Virus record (IMG/VR): IMGVR_UViG_3300037466_003648
Coordinates: 141,181-205,180 of that record
DNA from: a virus
Taxonomy: Duplodnaviria > Caudoviricetes
DNA length: 64,000 nt
Strand: one strand, 5' to 3'
Shown here piece after piece: positions 48,917 through 58,400 of the stretch; position 1 is the stretch's first letter, and every line of letters starts with the position of its first letter. Both the position numbers and the translations under genes were made by a program. Under the pieces are notes generated by a model, which saw only the letters and a list, made by a program, of their open reading frames with translations, was not told the origin of the DNA and ran no database searches.

Positions 48917-49723
48917 TTAGGGGTTGCCGTTGCCCAGGAGGACGGTGCTGCGGAGGCGGTTGTCCACCGAGGTGATGGCCGCGCCCGCGAGGTTGGCGCC
49001 CGACGCGGTCGCCGTGCCCGCCGCAGCGGTGTCGGCCGCGGTCAGTGTGTACGCCGTCGCGTCCTTCGAGGTCAGGGTCGCCACCGCGCCCACGACCGAC
49101 ACGCTCACCTTGGCCGCCGCCGTGGCGTTGGCTTCGATCGCGGTCTTCGCCAGCGCGGCCATCTGAGCCGCCGTGGTGCCGTTGACGGTCGAGGTCACCA
49201 CAACGGCGGTGCCGCCGATGGTGATCGTGGCCGTCTCGGTGTTGTCGAACACGCCACCGAAGGTGACGGTGCCGGTGTCGGCGCTCGACACGACCTTGCC
49301 CAGCAGGATCGAGGCGGGCTCGGGCTGGCGCAGGGGACCCTTCTGGGAGAAGCCGGTCGTGTTGATCAGCGCGCCCATGTTGGGGTCGTGCTGCAGCTCG
49401 GGGGCGACGTCGCGGTACTGCTGACCCGACGCGAGGTCGGCCGACAGGGCGAGCGTGCCGTCCGTCTTCAGCCAGACGAGCTTGGTCGCGTTGTGGGGAA
49501 CCGTGATGGTGAGCGGGGTCTGGATGTCCAGCTCCACGCCGGGAATGTTCATGCCGGACGCCGCCTTGTTAGGCAGCGCGTCGACCTGCGCCTGGGTACG
49601 GCCCACACGGGCCATGCCGACGGAGGCGGTCAGGGTCAGCGCGGAGGCGCTGAGAAGCAGGCTGTTGCCGACCGTGCCCAGCCCCAGACCCACCTTGTCG
49701 AGTGCGTGAAAACCATGCTGCAT
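48917..49723 (-). CDS. Putative capsid decoration protein carrying a sheath-like inserted domain
   Basis: Directly after the major capsid gene; RBS AAGGAG; DTGTVTFGG...TITIGG...VATLTSK domain matches the sheath inserts. Confidence 0.55.
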   Translation of the reverse strand: MQHGFHALDKVGLGLGTVGNSLLLSASALTLTASVGMARVGRTQAQVDALPNKAASGMNIPGVELDIQTPLTITVPHNATKLVWLKTDGTLALSADLASGQQYRDVAPELQHDPNMGALINTTGFSQKGPLRQPEPASILLGKVVSSADTGTVTFGGVFDNTETATITIGGTAVVVTSTVNGTTAAQMAALAKTAIEANATAAAKVSVSVVGAVATLTSKDATAYTLTAADTAAAGTATASGANLAGAAITSVDNRLRSTVLLGNGNP

Positions 49724-49746
49724 GGTGCAGTTCTCCTTATAGGGGT

Positions 49747-49773
49747 GGGAGGGTGGACTTAATCCACCCTCCC
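49747..49773. repeat. 11-bp perfect hairpin after the major capsid gene
   Basis: GGGAGGGTGGA-CTTAA-TCCACCCTCCC; no U-tract; next RBS about 10 nt away. Confidence 0.85.
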
Positions 49774-49780
49774 CAGGGCG

Positions 49781-50887
49781 CTAGAACGGGTTGGTGACCG
49801 TCGGATCGACCAGGGCCGTCAGGTTCGAGACCGAGTCCACGGTCATGATGCCGATCCAGTCCGGGTAGACCAGGTACGGCAGACCGGAGTTGCCGATCTG
49901 GACCGAGCGGCCGGGGGCAGCCGGAGGCGTGGTGTCGGGGCCGGAGCGCACCCACAGGCCAGGACGACCCGCGGGGTCCTCGCCCATGCAGTACATCATC
50001 TTGCCGACCGACTCGCCAGGGAAGTCGGGGTGCACGTCCGAAGCCAGCACGATCTTGTTGATCGGCCAGAGCTTCTGGGTGGCGCCCGTGACGGGGTCCT
50101 GGTAGATGTGGTCGAACGTGAGGATCTCCATGCCGGAGATGTGCGTCAGCTTGCCCTCGCTGAACGTCACGAAGCCGGTCTGCGACAGGAAGCTGACTTC
50201 CTGGCGGCGCAGGATCTCGGCGTTGCCTTCCAGGATCGTCTGGAGGTCCGAAGTCATGATGATGTACTTCGGCTCGACCTTGGCGACGTTCATGATGCGG
50301 CGACGGAAGCGCTTGAGCAGCTCGACCGGGGTCGAGTTCGCCTGGTTGGCGAAGCCGGGCAGGCCAGCGGCCACGACGTCGAACAGGTTGCTGGCCGGGA
50401 TGCCGGTCGGCACGTTGATCGACTGCTTGGTGCGCGGGTCGGTGTAGTTGATGCCGCCCAGCAGCACCTGCGCCTTGAGCATGGTGAACAGGTGGTTGTT
50501 GCGGTTCGTCAGACGCTGCAGACGCTTCGCAATGAACTCCTTGCCCTCCTTCTCGTTGAGGGTGCCCAGCTTGCGCAGGTCGTTGATGATGTTCATCGGG
50601 ATGAAGTCCGACTCGCGCACGTACGCGGGGAAGACGTTCATGCGCTCGACTTGCGCGTTGTCCGTCAGGACGTCGGTGAAGCCGGGGTTCACCAGCGGGG
50701 CGACGCCCACGCCCTCGCGGACGCGCTCGATCGTGATCGAGGTGTTCATCGTGGTTTCCTTGGGGAAGAACCGCGACAGGGGGTCACCCGAGAACTGCTC
50801 GAAGGTCAGCGCGAGCTTGGTCAGCACCGTGGTGCCGAGGCTCGCGATGTCGCCCACCGGGGCGAACTGGTTCACAGCTGCGTACAT
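49781..50887 (-). CDS. Major capsid protein (phage capsid E-like, HK97 fold)
   Basis: 368 aa after the protease/scaffold; LSRFFP...APLV...RLQRLTNR...AQVLLGG...YTDP pattern. Confidence 0.88.
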   Translation of the reverse strand: MYAAVNQFAPVGDIASLGTTVLTKLALTFEQFSGDPLSRFFPKETTMNTSITIERVREGVGVAPLVNPGFTDVLTDNAQVERMNVFPAYVRESDFIPMNIINDLRKLGTLNEKEGKEFIAKRLQRLTNRNNHLFTMLKAQVLLGGINYTDPRTKQSINVPTGIPASNLFDVVAAGLPGFANQANSTPVELLKRFRRRIMNVAKVEPKYIIMTSDLQTILEGNAEILRRQEVSFLSQTGFVTFSEGKLTHISGMEILTFDHIYQDPVTGATQKLWPINKIVLASDVHPDFPGESVGKMMYCMGEDPAGRPGLWVRSGPDTTPPAAPGRSVQIGNSGLPYLVYPDWIGIMTVDSVSNLTALVDPTVTNPF

Positions 50888-50915
50888 CGGATCTATCTCC
50901 TCTACTTACCGCCGA

Positions 50916-52592
50916 CTACTTGCCGACGGTTTCGACGCGGGAGATGATCTCCGCGTACGGGTTGGGATCGCTGTCGGACAGCTGCTGGCCGACCTGGGTG
51001 TAGTTGACGCGGTTCTCCGCGGGAGTCTGCTCCAGGACGTCCAGGAGCGAGTCCACCAGGCTGACGGGGGCGGCGCCTTCCGACAGCTTGATCTGGCGGC
51101 CAGCCAGCTCGGGGTTGGAGGCCAGCGCCAGGACGGCGTTGACGGTGGTGGGGGCGATGCCCGCGCTCACCAGAGCTTCGGCGCGCTGCTGGACGCGGCT
51201 GCGCTCGGCGTTCTGGGTGAACTGCTGCTGCACGGCGACGGTGGTCGTCAGCTGGGTCTGCAGGCCCTCGATCTTCTGGTCCTTCTCGGCCAGCTGAGTC
51301 GAGAACTCCTGCTTCACCGCGCCGACAGCTTCCGCGACCGCCGACGCGATCAGCGCCTGGACTTCGGTGGGCTTCATGTCGATCTCTCCTTCGGTGTTCG
51401 AGAACTCCTGCGCCGACGAACCGGCACCGGTCTTGCTGTTGTCGATGGTAACCGTGCCACCGTTCACGTTCTGCGCAGGGTTCGAGTCACCCGCGGTCTG
51501 CGAGTGCTTCTCGTCCTTCGGCGCGGACTTGTCGTCGCCAGGCTTGGCGCCCTTCTTACCCTTCATGAAGTTGCCGACCATCGACAGGAACTCGCCCATC
51601 ATCGAAGACATCGACTCGCGGTCCTCGTTGTCGCCCATCTTGTCGAGGTTCTTCGCCGCCTGGTGGAGGGGTGCTCCGTGGCCGTGCATCTCGGTCGTGC
51701 CGCCTTCTGCACCAGCGCCGGTGTAGACCTCGGAGGGCTTGCCCGCGGGCTTGTTCACGCTCTGCGAATCCGCCGAGGGCTTCTGGTCGGTGTCCATGCC
51801 CGACTCGTTCTGCTTGGGGCTCTCCTTGCCCTTGGTCTCGCTGTAGACGGTACCGGGCTGACCGGCGGTCTTGGTGGACACGTCCGCCGCGCCGGGAGCC
51901 GACAGGCTGCCCGCGAGACGGGCGCGCAGAGCGGCACGCTGGTCGGCGTTGATCGACAGGGACTCGGCGCCCATCGCCGCATCGATCATGGAAAGGATCT
52001 CATCCGGGTTCATGGTCAGTGCTCCTTCGTTACTCAGGTTCAAGCGCATGAACCCGTTAGAGGGGGTGCCGTCCGCGCCTTCCGAGAGAGCCTGGTTGCG
52101 CGGGAGATCGGGGACAAACGGGGCGTTGGTGAGCGCGTGCGCCGTCAGCAGGGTGCCGATGGGGCGCCCGTCGCGCTTGGAAATGGCGTGACGCGTCAGT
52201 TCGGCGGACGAAAACTCGTACTCGCCGTTCTTGACTTCCTGAACGACCTTCTCGCAGCCCGCGATGGGATCGTAGACGCCGTACAGAACGTCTCCTTCCT
52301 TCTCCAAGCGGAGCAGGTTCGCGATCTTGGGCTCGCCATCAACCGCCTCGGGATGGGCGGCGTGGCCGTAGCGGAGGTACGGTGTGAAGCCGCACTCGTT
52401 CTCCTCGAAGTTACGGACCATGTCCGCGAAATCGCTATCGCTGAAGTGCACGATGCCGTAGCGCTTGTGCACGAACGTGCCCAGGCGCGCCACGGGGATG
52501 CGCACGTACTTGTCGACTGCCTGTGCTTCGGCGGTCGAGAAGTAGCAGTGGATCGCCGCGGGTGCGACATCATAAGTGGGATCTACAGCCAT
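50916..52592 (-). CDS. Prohead protease/scaffold (Mu gpI-like)
   Basis: IPVARLGTF...YGH...YEFSSAE...TAHALTNAPFV protease domain, then low-complexity and coiled-coil scaffold region. Confidence 0.85.
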   Translation of the reverse strand: MAVDPTYDVAPAAIHCYFSTAEAQAVDKYVRIPVARLGTFVHKRYGIVHFSDSDFADMVRNFEENECGFTPYLRYGHAAHPEAVDGEPKIANLLRLEKEGDVLYGVYDPIAGCEKVVQEVKNGEYEFSSAELTRHAISKRDGRPIGTLLTAHALTNAPFVPDLPRNQALSEGADGTPSNGFMRLNLSNEGALTMNPDEILSMIDAAMGAESLSINADQRAALRARLAGSLSAPGAADVSTKTAGQPGTVYSETKGKESPKQNESGMDTDQKPSADSQSVNKPAGKPSEVYTGAGAEGGTTEMHGHGAPLHQAAKNLDKMGDNEDRESMSSMMGEFLSMVGNFMKGKKGAKPGDDKSAPKDEKHSQTAGDSNPAQNVNGGTVTIDNSKTGAGSSAQEFSNTEGEIDMKPTEVQALIASAVAEAVGAVKQEFSTQLAEKDQKIEGLQTQLTTTVAVQQQFTQNAERSRVQQRAEALVSAGIAPTTVNAVLALASNPELAGRQIKLSEGAAPVSLVDSLLDVLEQTPAENRVNYTQVGQQLSDSDPNPYAEIISRVETVGK

Positions 52593-52634
52593 AATTCACA
52601 CGGTAAAAGTTTGTGCACGGCAGTTTCTGGGGAA

Positions 52635-53072
52635 CTAGCAGGGACTGTCCGACGTGCTTTCCAACCAACCGGCGTTCAGGAAGCCGTGGTATAGCGTGTG
52701 CGTTGTGTGGCCTTGCGAGGGATCTTCCCAGTTGTTCGGACGATCAACCGAGACGTGAATGCTCGGCGCGGCTGTAAGGTCCGGGGCGCTACCGGTGATG
52801 GTCCAGAAGCCTCCTTGCTGCGAAGGAGCGTTCATCATCCACGGGAACCCATCCGGGCACTTGAGGATCCACATCTTGCCATCGGGTCCCGGTCGACCGT
52901 GGGTGTAGGGATGCTCGACCAGCGCGCCTGGCGGCAACTTGCTCCAGGTGACGATCGCGCGCGTCTCGGGATGGAAGTACGAACGTTCGTGCCAGTAGTG
53001 CTCCGACGGCTGGTCGGGCACGTCGACACCCACGGTGACGGGTTCGGCGATGTAGCAGCGAATGCGGCTCAT
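52635..53072 (-). CDS. DUF6527-like protein
   Basis: WTITGSAPDLTAAPSIHV...YHGFLNAGWL pattern; family recognised by eye only. Confidence 0.55.
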   Translation of the reverse strand: MSRIRCYIAEPVTVGVDVPDQPSEHYWHERSYFHPETRAIVTWSKLPPGALVEHPYTHGRPGPDGKMWILKCPDGFPWMMNAPSQQGGFWTITGSAPDLTAAPSIHVSVDRPNNWEDPSQGHTTHTLYHGFLNAGWLESTSDSPC

Positions 53073-53074
53073 GA

Positions 53075-54763
53075 CTACCTCGACTGACGTCCGCCGACGT
53101 CGTTGCCCTTCTGCGACTTCATGCCAGCCTTCTGCGAGGCGCTGGGCACCGTACGGGTGTACGGCGCGGGCGGCAGGGGCAGCGGAGCCTTGGTGGCTTG
53201 CTGGGCAGTCGTCGTGGTCTTGGTAGGTACTGGCGGAGCACCCGTGCCCGAGGATCCGCTCTTGCCGCCGGACTTCTTGATGACCTGGGTCTGCGTCTTA
53301 CCCGCGTTGCTGATCTGGGGCTCGTTCTTGGTGATGGTCTTGACCTCGGTCTGCGCGTCCGCCTGATGCTGGGCGGTGAGCGAGAGCGCGCGGTTCTTCG
53401 CGGCCAGACGCTTGGCGCGATCCTCTTCCATCGTGTCGATGCCCACGCGCGAGCGCATCATGTTGATGTCGTTCACGTCGGTGTTGTCGATGGCGCCGAC
53501 CATGACCATCTTCTCGAAAATGCTGGCCATGATCTCCATGGTCGCGGGGTCCCACGGCGAGTGTTCGAATCGTCCGGGATTCGGATCCCCGAAGTTGATG
53601 CGAACCAGGGGACCGATCACCTGCTCGACGAACGGCTCGATGATCTCGGCGTACAGCTCGCCCAGCACCATCTTGTAGACCTCGAAGTGGATGGCCGTGG
53701 CTGCACCGCTCCCCAAGCCGCCCTTCTCGTTCTCGTTAAGCAACAACGCGGGAATCAACAGCCCCCGGAAGATCATCTTGTTGTAGTACTTGATGGCTTC
53801 CTCGAAGGCGCCACCGAAGTTGTTGCCCGTCGTCAAGGTGCCCAGCTTGATCTGGGTCGCGTCCGGCGTCGGGTTCGTGATGACAAGGCCGGTGCCGGTG
53901 TGGATGTTGCTGATCGCGGCTTCGGTCGAGTCGGCGAAGGTCTCCGCGCGCACACCACCAGGAGCCGAGGGGTCCGCGACCTGGTTGCCGGTCAAGCCGT
54001 TCGGCACGATGGCATAGGCGACGGGCGTGCCGTAGCGATCCAGCGCGACGTTCCACATCTCCAAGACCGCCTCCTTGAGGCGCCAGTCCTTGTAGATGCG
54101 CTTGAGGGCAGACTCGCCGTAGTAGTTGTTGTAGCGCTTGTTGTGGCTCACCAGGCAGCAGCGCTGCAGTGGGAGCTGGACCGGCGCACCACCCAGGCGA
54201 TCCTGCCAGATGCCGGTCCTGAACGCGACGTTGAAGGCGGGCGTCTCGCCCTGCGTCAAGATGCCGTGAGTGTTCACGTACATGGTCAACGTGCGTGGGT
54301 TGTAGTTGGCGATGTAGTCGATCCAGACCTTACCGGCCTCGGCCTTGTAAACGGTCTCCGACACACCAAAGCCCGCCCAGAGCGAGGAGATTGCCAACTC
54401 ACCCAGTGCAGACTTGTAGGAGCCCTTCATGCGGGCAAAGTTCTCGTTGACGAAGTCCACGACCTCCGGGTTGGGGTGCCAGTACGGCCCCATCGACGCC
54501 AGGATCGAGAGCTTCAAGAACTCGATGCCCGCGCCGATCGTCTCGTCGGTGGTCAGGGCGCGCTCGTACTCCGCGAGCCGCAGGTACTCGGGATGGCCGA
54601 AGAACCCGTAGATGGTCTGCGCCGTCCAGTGGGACAGCGTGGTGCCGATCTGCTTCGAGTAGCCTCGGGGCAGACGGGTCTCCTTGTTCTCGTGGCCGCT
54701 CTGGGCGGAAACTTCCGCCTTGAGCGTGTCGTCGAGCTTCTTCGGGGACTTCTTACTGGCCAT
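53075..54763 (-). CDS. Portal protein (Mu gp29/DUF935-like)
   Basis: WAGFGVSETVY, YYGESALKRIYKDW...W...LDRYGTP, GSGAATAIH, FVEQVIGPLVRINFG motifs. Confidence 0.9.
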   Translation of the reverse strand: MASKKSPKKLDDTLKAEVSAQSGHENKETRLPRGYSKQIGTTLSHWTAQTIYGFFGHPEYLRLAEYERALTTDETIGAGIEFLKLSILASMGPYWHPNPEVVDFVNENFARMKGSYKSALGELAISSLWAGFGVSETVYKAEAGKVWIDYIANYNPRTLTMYVNTHGILTQGETPAFNVAFRTGIWQDRLGGAPVQLPLQRCCLVSHNKRYNNYYGESALKRIYKDWRLKEAVLEMWNVALDRYGTPVAYAIVPNGLTGNQVADPSAPGGVRAETFADSTEAAISNIHTGTGLVITNPTPDATQIKLGTLTTGNNFGGAFEEAIKYYNKMIFRGLLIPALLLNENEKGGLGSGAATAIHFEVYKMVLGELYAEIIEPFVEQVIGPLVRINFGDPNPGRFEHSPWDPATMEIMASIFEKMVMVGAIDNTDVNDINMMRSRVGIDTMEEDRAKRLAAKNRALSLTAQHQADAQTEVKTITKNEPQISNAGKTQTQVIKKSGGKSGSSGTGAPPVPTKTTTTAQQATKAPLPLPPAPYTRTVPSASQKAGMKSQKGNDVGGRQSR

Positions 54764-54775
54764 GAGAACCTGCGG

Positions 54776-55368
54776 CTAGAGGGAGGGTCGGGGGAGCAGT
54801 TCGCTGGGCGTCCGCGTGTGCATTCCTGCGGTGCGCGGCATCGCGTCCTGCTCCGGCGGCTTGAGCAGCTCCTGCAGCTTCATATCGCCTTCGGTTTCCT
54901 CGTCGGCGATCATCTGCTGGACCTCCTCGATCCAGACCTCCAATTCCACGTCGGACATCTCGATGGACTCGGAGGGCTGGATGCGTCCGTGGCGAGCTAG
55001 GAATGCTCGCTCTGGGATTCGGAGGTGGACTCGGAGGAGCTGCTTGCGCCGCTCAAGAGCTTTTTTGCGACCTCCTTGATGTCGGCCACATCACCTTCGC
55101 CGATGGTGAACATCTCCAGGAAGAGGCGCGTGTACGCCTGCTGATCCTTGATGGTCCAGCTGCCCATGCGGTGACGGGGATCCGGCTCCCGGAAGGGGTT
55201 GCCGTTGATCGACTTCAGGCAGTACGCCGCCAGCAGCTCTTCGACGCTCTGACGATCGTCGGGCTTGAGCATGCCGATCACGGCGTTGCGATCTTTGGCG
55301 TACGGCTCGCGGAAGGTGATCTCGTTGCCGGACGGCAGGGCGTAGGGGAACTCGCGAAGAGCGGGCAA
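54776..55368 (-). CDS. Tail assembly chaperone, -1 frameshifted long form (gpGT-like, ~197 aa)
   Basis: A AAA AAG heptamer at 55066-55060; the -1 frame is open from there through the 54776..54958 ORF (KALERRKQLLRVHLRIP...SIEMSDVELEVWIEEV). Confidence 0.75.
54997..55368 (-). CDS. Tail assembly chaperone (gpG-like, 123 aa)
   Basis: TTG start at 55368 with AGGAGG RBS; FPYALPSGNEITFREPYAKD pattern; ends with AKK at the slippery site plus a short tail. Confidence 0.75.
   Translation of the reverse strand: MPALREFPYALPSGNEITFREPYAKDRNAVIGMLKPDDRQSVEELLAAYCLKSINGNPFREPDPRHRMGSWTIKDQQAYTRLFLEMFTIGEGDVADIKEVAKKLLSGASSSSESTSESQSEHS
55060..55066 (-). other. Programmed -1 ribosomal frameshift slippery site A_AAA_AAG
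   Basis: In-frame GCA AAA AAG; SD-like AAGGAGGT at 55077-55070, 3 nt upstream. Confidence 0.75.
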
Positions 55369-55490
55369 GGTGGACCTCCTAAAATGGGTGTGGCGCAGCT
55401 TCTGGCGCCGTCTACAGGTCTCACCTTCCCACTTACATGTACTCATATTCTGTGCAGAACATGCAGTGATCCCACATCGAGCATGAGACC

Positions 55491-58400
55491 ATGGCCTTCT
55501 TCGTGCTCCGCAACACGCAGACCGACCTCTACCAGGTGGTGGAGGCGGCAAACCGTGCGGAGGTGGAATCGCGCTGGTTGCGCGGCAAGCCCTTCGTCTA
55601 TGGAACCGGCCGCATCTTCGCCGATCCCACAAGCGCACAGGGCTGGTTGTCCAACGTAAGTGTCCCCGACATGGGTAAGCGCCCCGCTACCCTCGACTTG
55701 GCTATGGGTCAACAGATGCTCGCCCGCGTACGCGCGGAGGAAGCCGCCGACCGAGTCGTCGAGAACTCCATCCCGGACGCCTCCGCCGAGAGCGATGGCA
55801 GCCGAACCCAGCCCGAGGACCGCGACGCCGAACGCGACGGGTTGACGCGCCCCGAGAAGGGCGATGTCTTCAAGAAGACGGAGATCATCCCCGCGGATGC
55901 CCCGCGCCCCATCGGCGAGAGCGTGTGGGGCAAGGCCGAAGATCTCTTGCCTAGTGATGCCGACCTCGTCCGCAGCACCTTCGAGGAAGCCGAGCGCTTC
56001 GTCGATACGGCCACTCATGAGATGGCGAAGCGCAACGAGGACATGCTGGCCGACGGTCGGCGCACGTCCCCGAAGCCTCCCAAGATCACCGAGACCACGA
56101 CGAAGAACGCCTTCGTGCGCACCTTCGACGCGTCGGGTCAGGTCACGTCGGCCGACCACTTCACGTACAGCGTCAAGCCCGCGGCTACCCGCAGCATGAG
56201 TGTCGGGTGGCGGGATCATCCCGACTACATGGGACCTGTCCCCGGTTCGCAGCTGGAACCACTGGTCCCACCCGAAGATCCCGTATTCAAGCCTCGCCAG
56301 GGTTGGACACGTACACCCGACAAGTACCAGATCCGTGAGTTCTACCACGACATCGCCACCGCACGATCGGTTGCAGCGGTCACGGGTGGGCGCGTGTCGA
56401 TGGTTGAAGCAGGTGTCGCGGGTCCCGAATCCCTGGCCATGGTCACCTACCTCAACAAGCGCTACAACAAGGCAGCATCGGTGGGTGCCGATCCTGTCCG
56501 TGCCCAGTACGATGGTTACACCTTCACCTCGCGCCGCAGTCTCGATGCGTTCGTGCAACGTAAGCTGGCTGACGCCTACGAGGCGCCCAGGCGCCCATGG
56601 GAGGGTGGTGTTCGCATCAACATGGGGCTGGTGGCCGGTGATTACCACCAGAACAGCTTGGGACCTGACGGGCGCCCTGTCGCACGTCCAGGTTACATCA
56701 GCAAGGGCATGCGCCCGGCCACCCCCGAGGATGTTGCCCGGTTCAACGACGAAGCCGCCAACATTCAGGCGCGTACTCGTGCATCGCAAGAGCGTTACGC
56801 GGGGTTGGACGGCAACCGCGACGACTACCGCACGGGTGTCGCCCGTTCGCTCGTGTCGGACGGTCTGTCCTCGCCCGACTTCGAGCAGGGCGACCGTTCG
56901 GCGTGGGAGATGCAGCGTGCGGGCGACCTCATGGAAGACCGGATCGACGCGGCCATGTACGGCGGCACCATCGATCCCATCACCGGCTTCCGCAGCACGG
57001 AGGTCTCCAAGAGCTTGATGCCCAGCGGCTTCGGAGACGATGCACTGGGTCGTCCCGAGATGTTGTCGTCCGAGGTGCACTTCTTCACACGCAGCCACGA
57101 GGAGGCGCTGCTGATGGCGCGCCGCCGCTCCGGTCACATCGCCAAGGTCGAGACGGCACCGACGCCTTACTACGAGTTCACCTTGAAGCCGTACAATGCT
57201 CGTCCCAACGCCAAGCGTCTTCGCTCTATGCTCGGACGCAAGGCGGGGTACGTCAACGCGGACCAGCTCTACCTGGAGGCGATGAACCTCCCCAGCGACT
57301 ACTACTCGCAGCGGCGCATCTCTTCCGACCCGCACGCCGAGGCAGGACGCATCGCCAAGGCACTGGGTGCTGGTCTCGAAGCCTTCCGGCTCTCCGACAT
57401 GAGTCGCTTCGTCGACGTGGCGGCGATCGTCAACGAAGGCACCGACGCGGTGATCGGCTACAAGCTGACGTATGCCAAGGACATCACCCGCATCAACCAC
57501 GGCGACGCATCGTTGTCGGCAGGTCCGCTGGGCGGTGGCGAGAAGATCCAGTACATGCACATCAAGCGCCCGGATGGTACCGAAGAGTCGGGCCACTTCG
57601 CCTGGCGCGATGGGCAGTGGGTCAAGACCTCGCGTCCGCACCGCGGCGCCGAGAACGTCATCGACATGGTCGCCGATCACGAGCAGACCGCCTACATTTC
57701 GTGGAACAAGCAAGGCGAGCTGACGATCCGTGCCTACACCGAGTCCGAAGCCCAACGCATCTCCGGCATCTTGCGCGAGCGCGACCCCCACATTCAGCTC
57801 AACGCCAAGATCGGCAAGAGCACCGAAGCCTACGACGTGCGCTTCTACGACAAGGAGTTCGACTACACCGGCAAGACCCCGGCACGCGAGCCTAAGTTGC
57901 CCGAGGCGGGTGTGGACCAGCTGTACCCCGACCGGGTGCCGTCCAGCTCCCCTCTGGCGCCTACTAACCGTCCTCAGGTCTCCCGTCAACAGGGCGCACC
58001 GCTGGGGCAGCTGGTCTCGCCCTCTACACCGGGTCTGTCGCCCCTCAACACCCGTACGGCAGCAGCCATCCCCGTCACCACGACGCGGGTGGGTGCTGCA
58101 GGCGACCGCAACTCTAGCTGGTGGTCGCAGCCCGAACACGTCTTTGCACTGCGCGGGTTGGACCGGCTCTCCTCTGCGGCACCTGTTGGTGCTTTGGTGA
58201 TGGACGCGGAACCGGCCGCTGCCCGTACAGTACATCCCGATCCGTACGTGAGCGACCCCCGCCGCGAGGAAACCACCCAGCGTTGGGCGGTGAACCAGCA
58301 AAACCGGGCAATCGCCCAAACGCGTGAACGCGAAATGTTCGCGCGCGAGGAAGCCGCACACGTCTCGCCACTCTCCAACACCGAGCTGCACGCACGCACG

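Noticed and set aside
54776-54958. Independent 60-aa gene
   Set aside because: Better explained as the end of the -1 frameshifted chaperone; the frame is open back to the slippery site.
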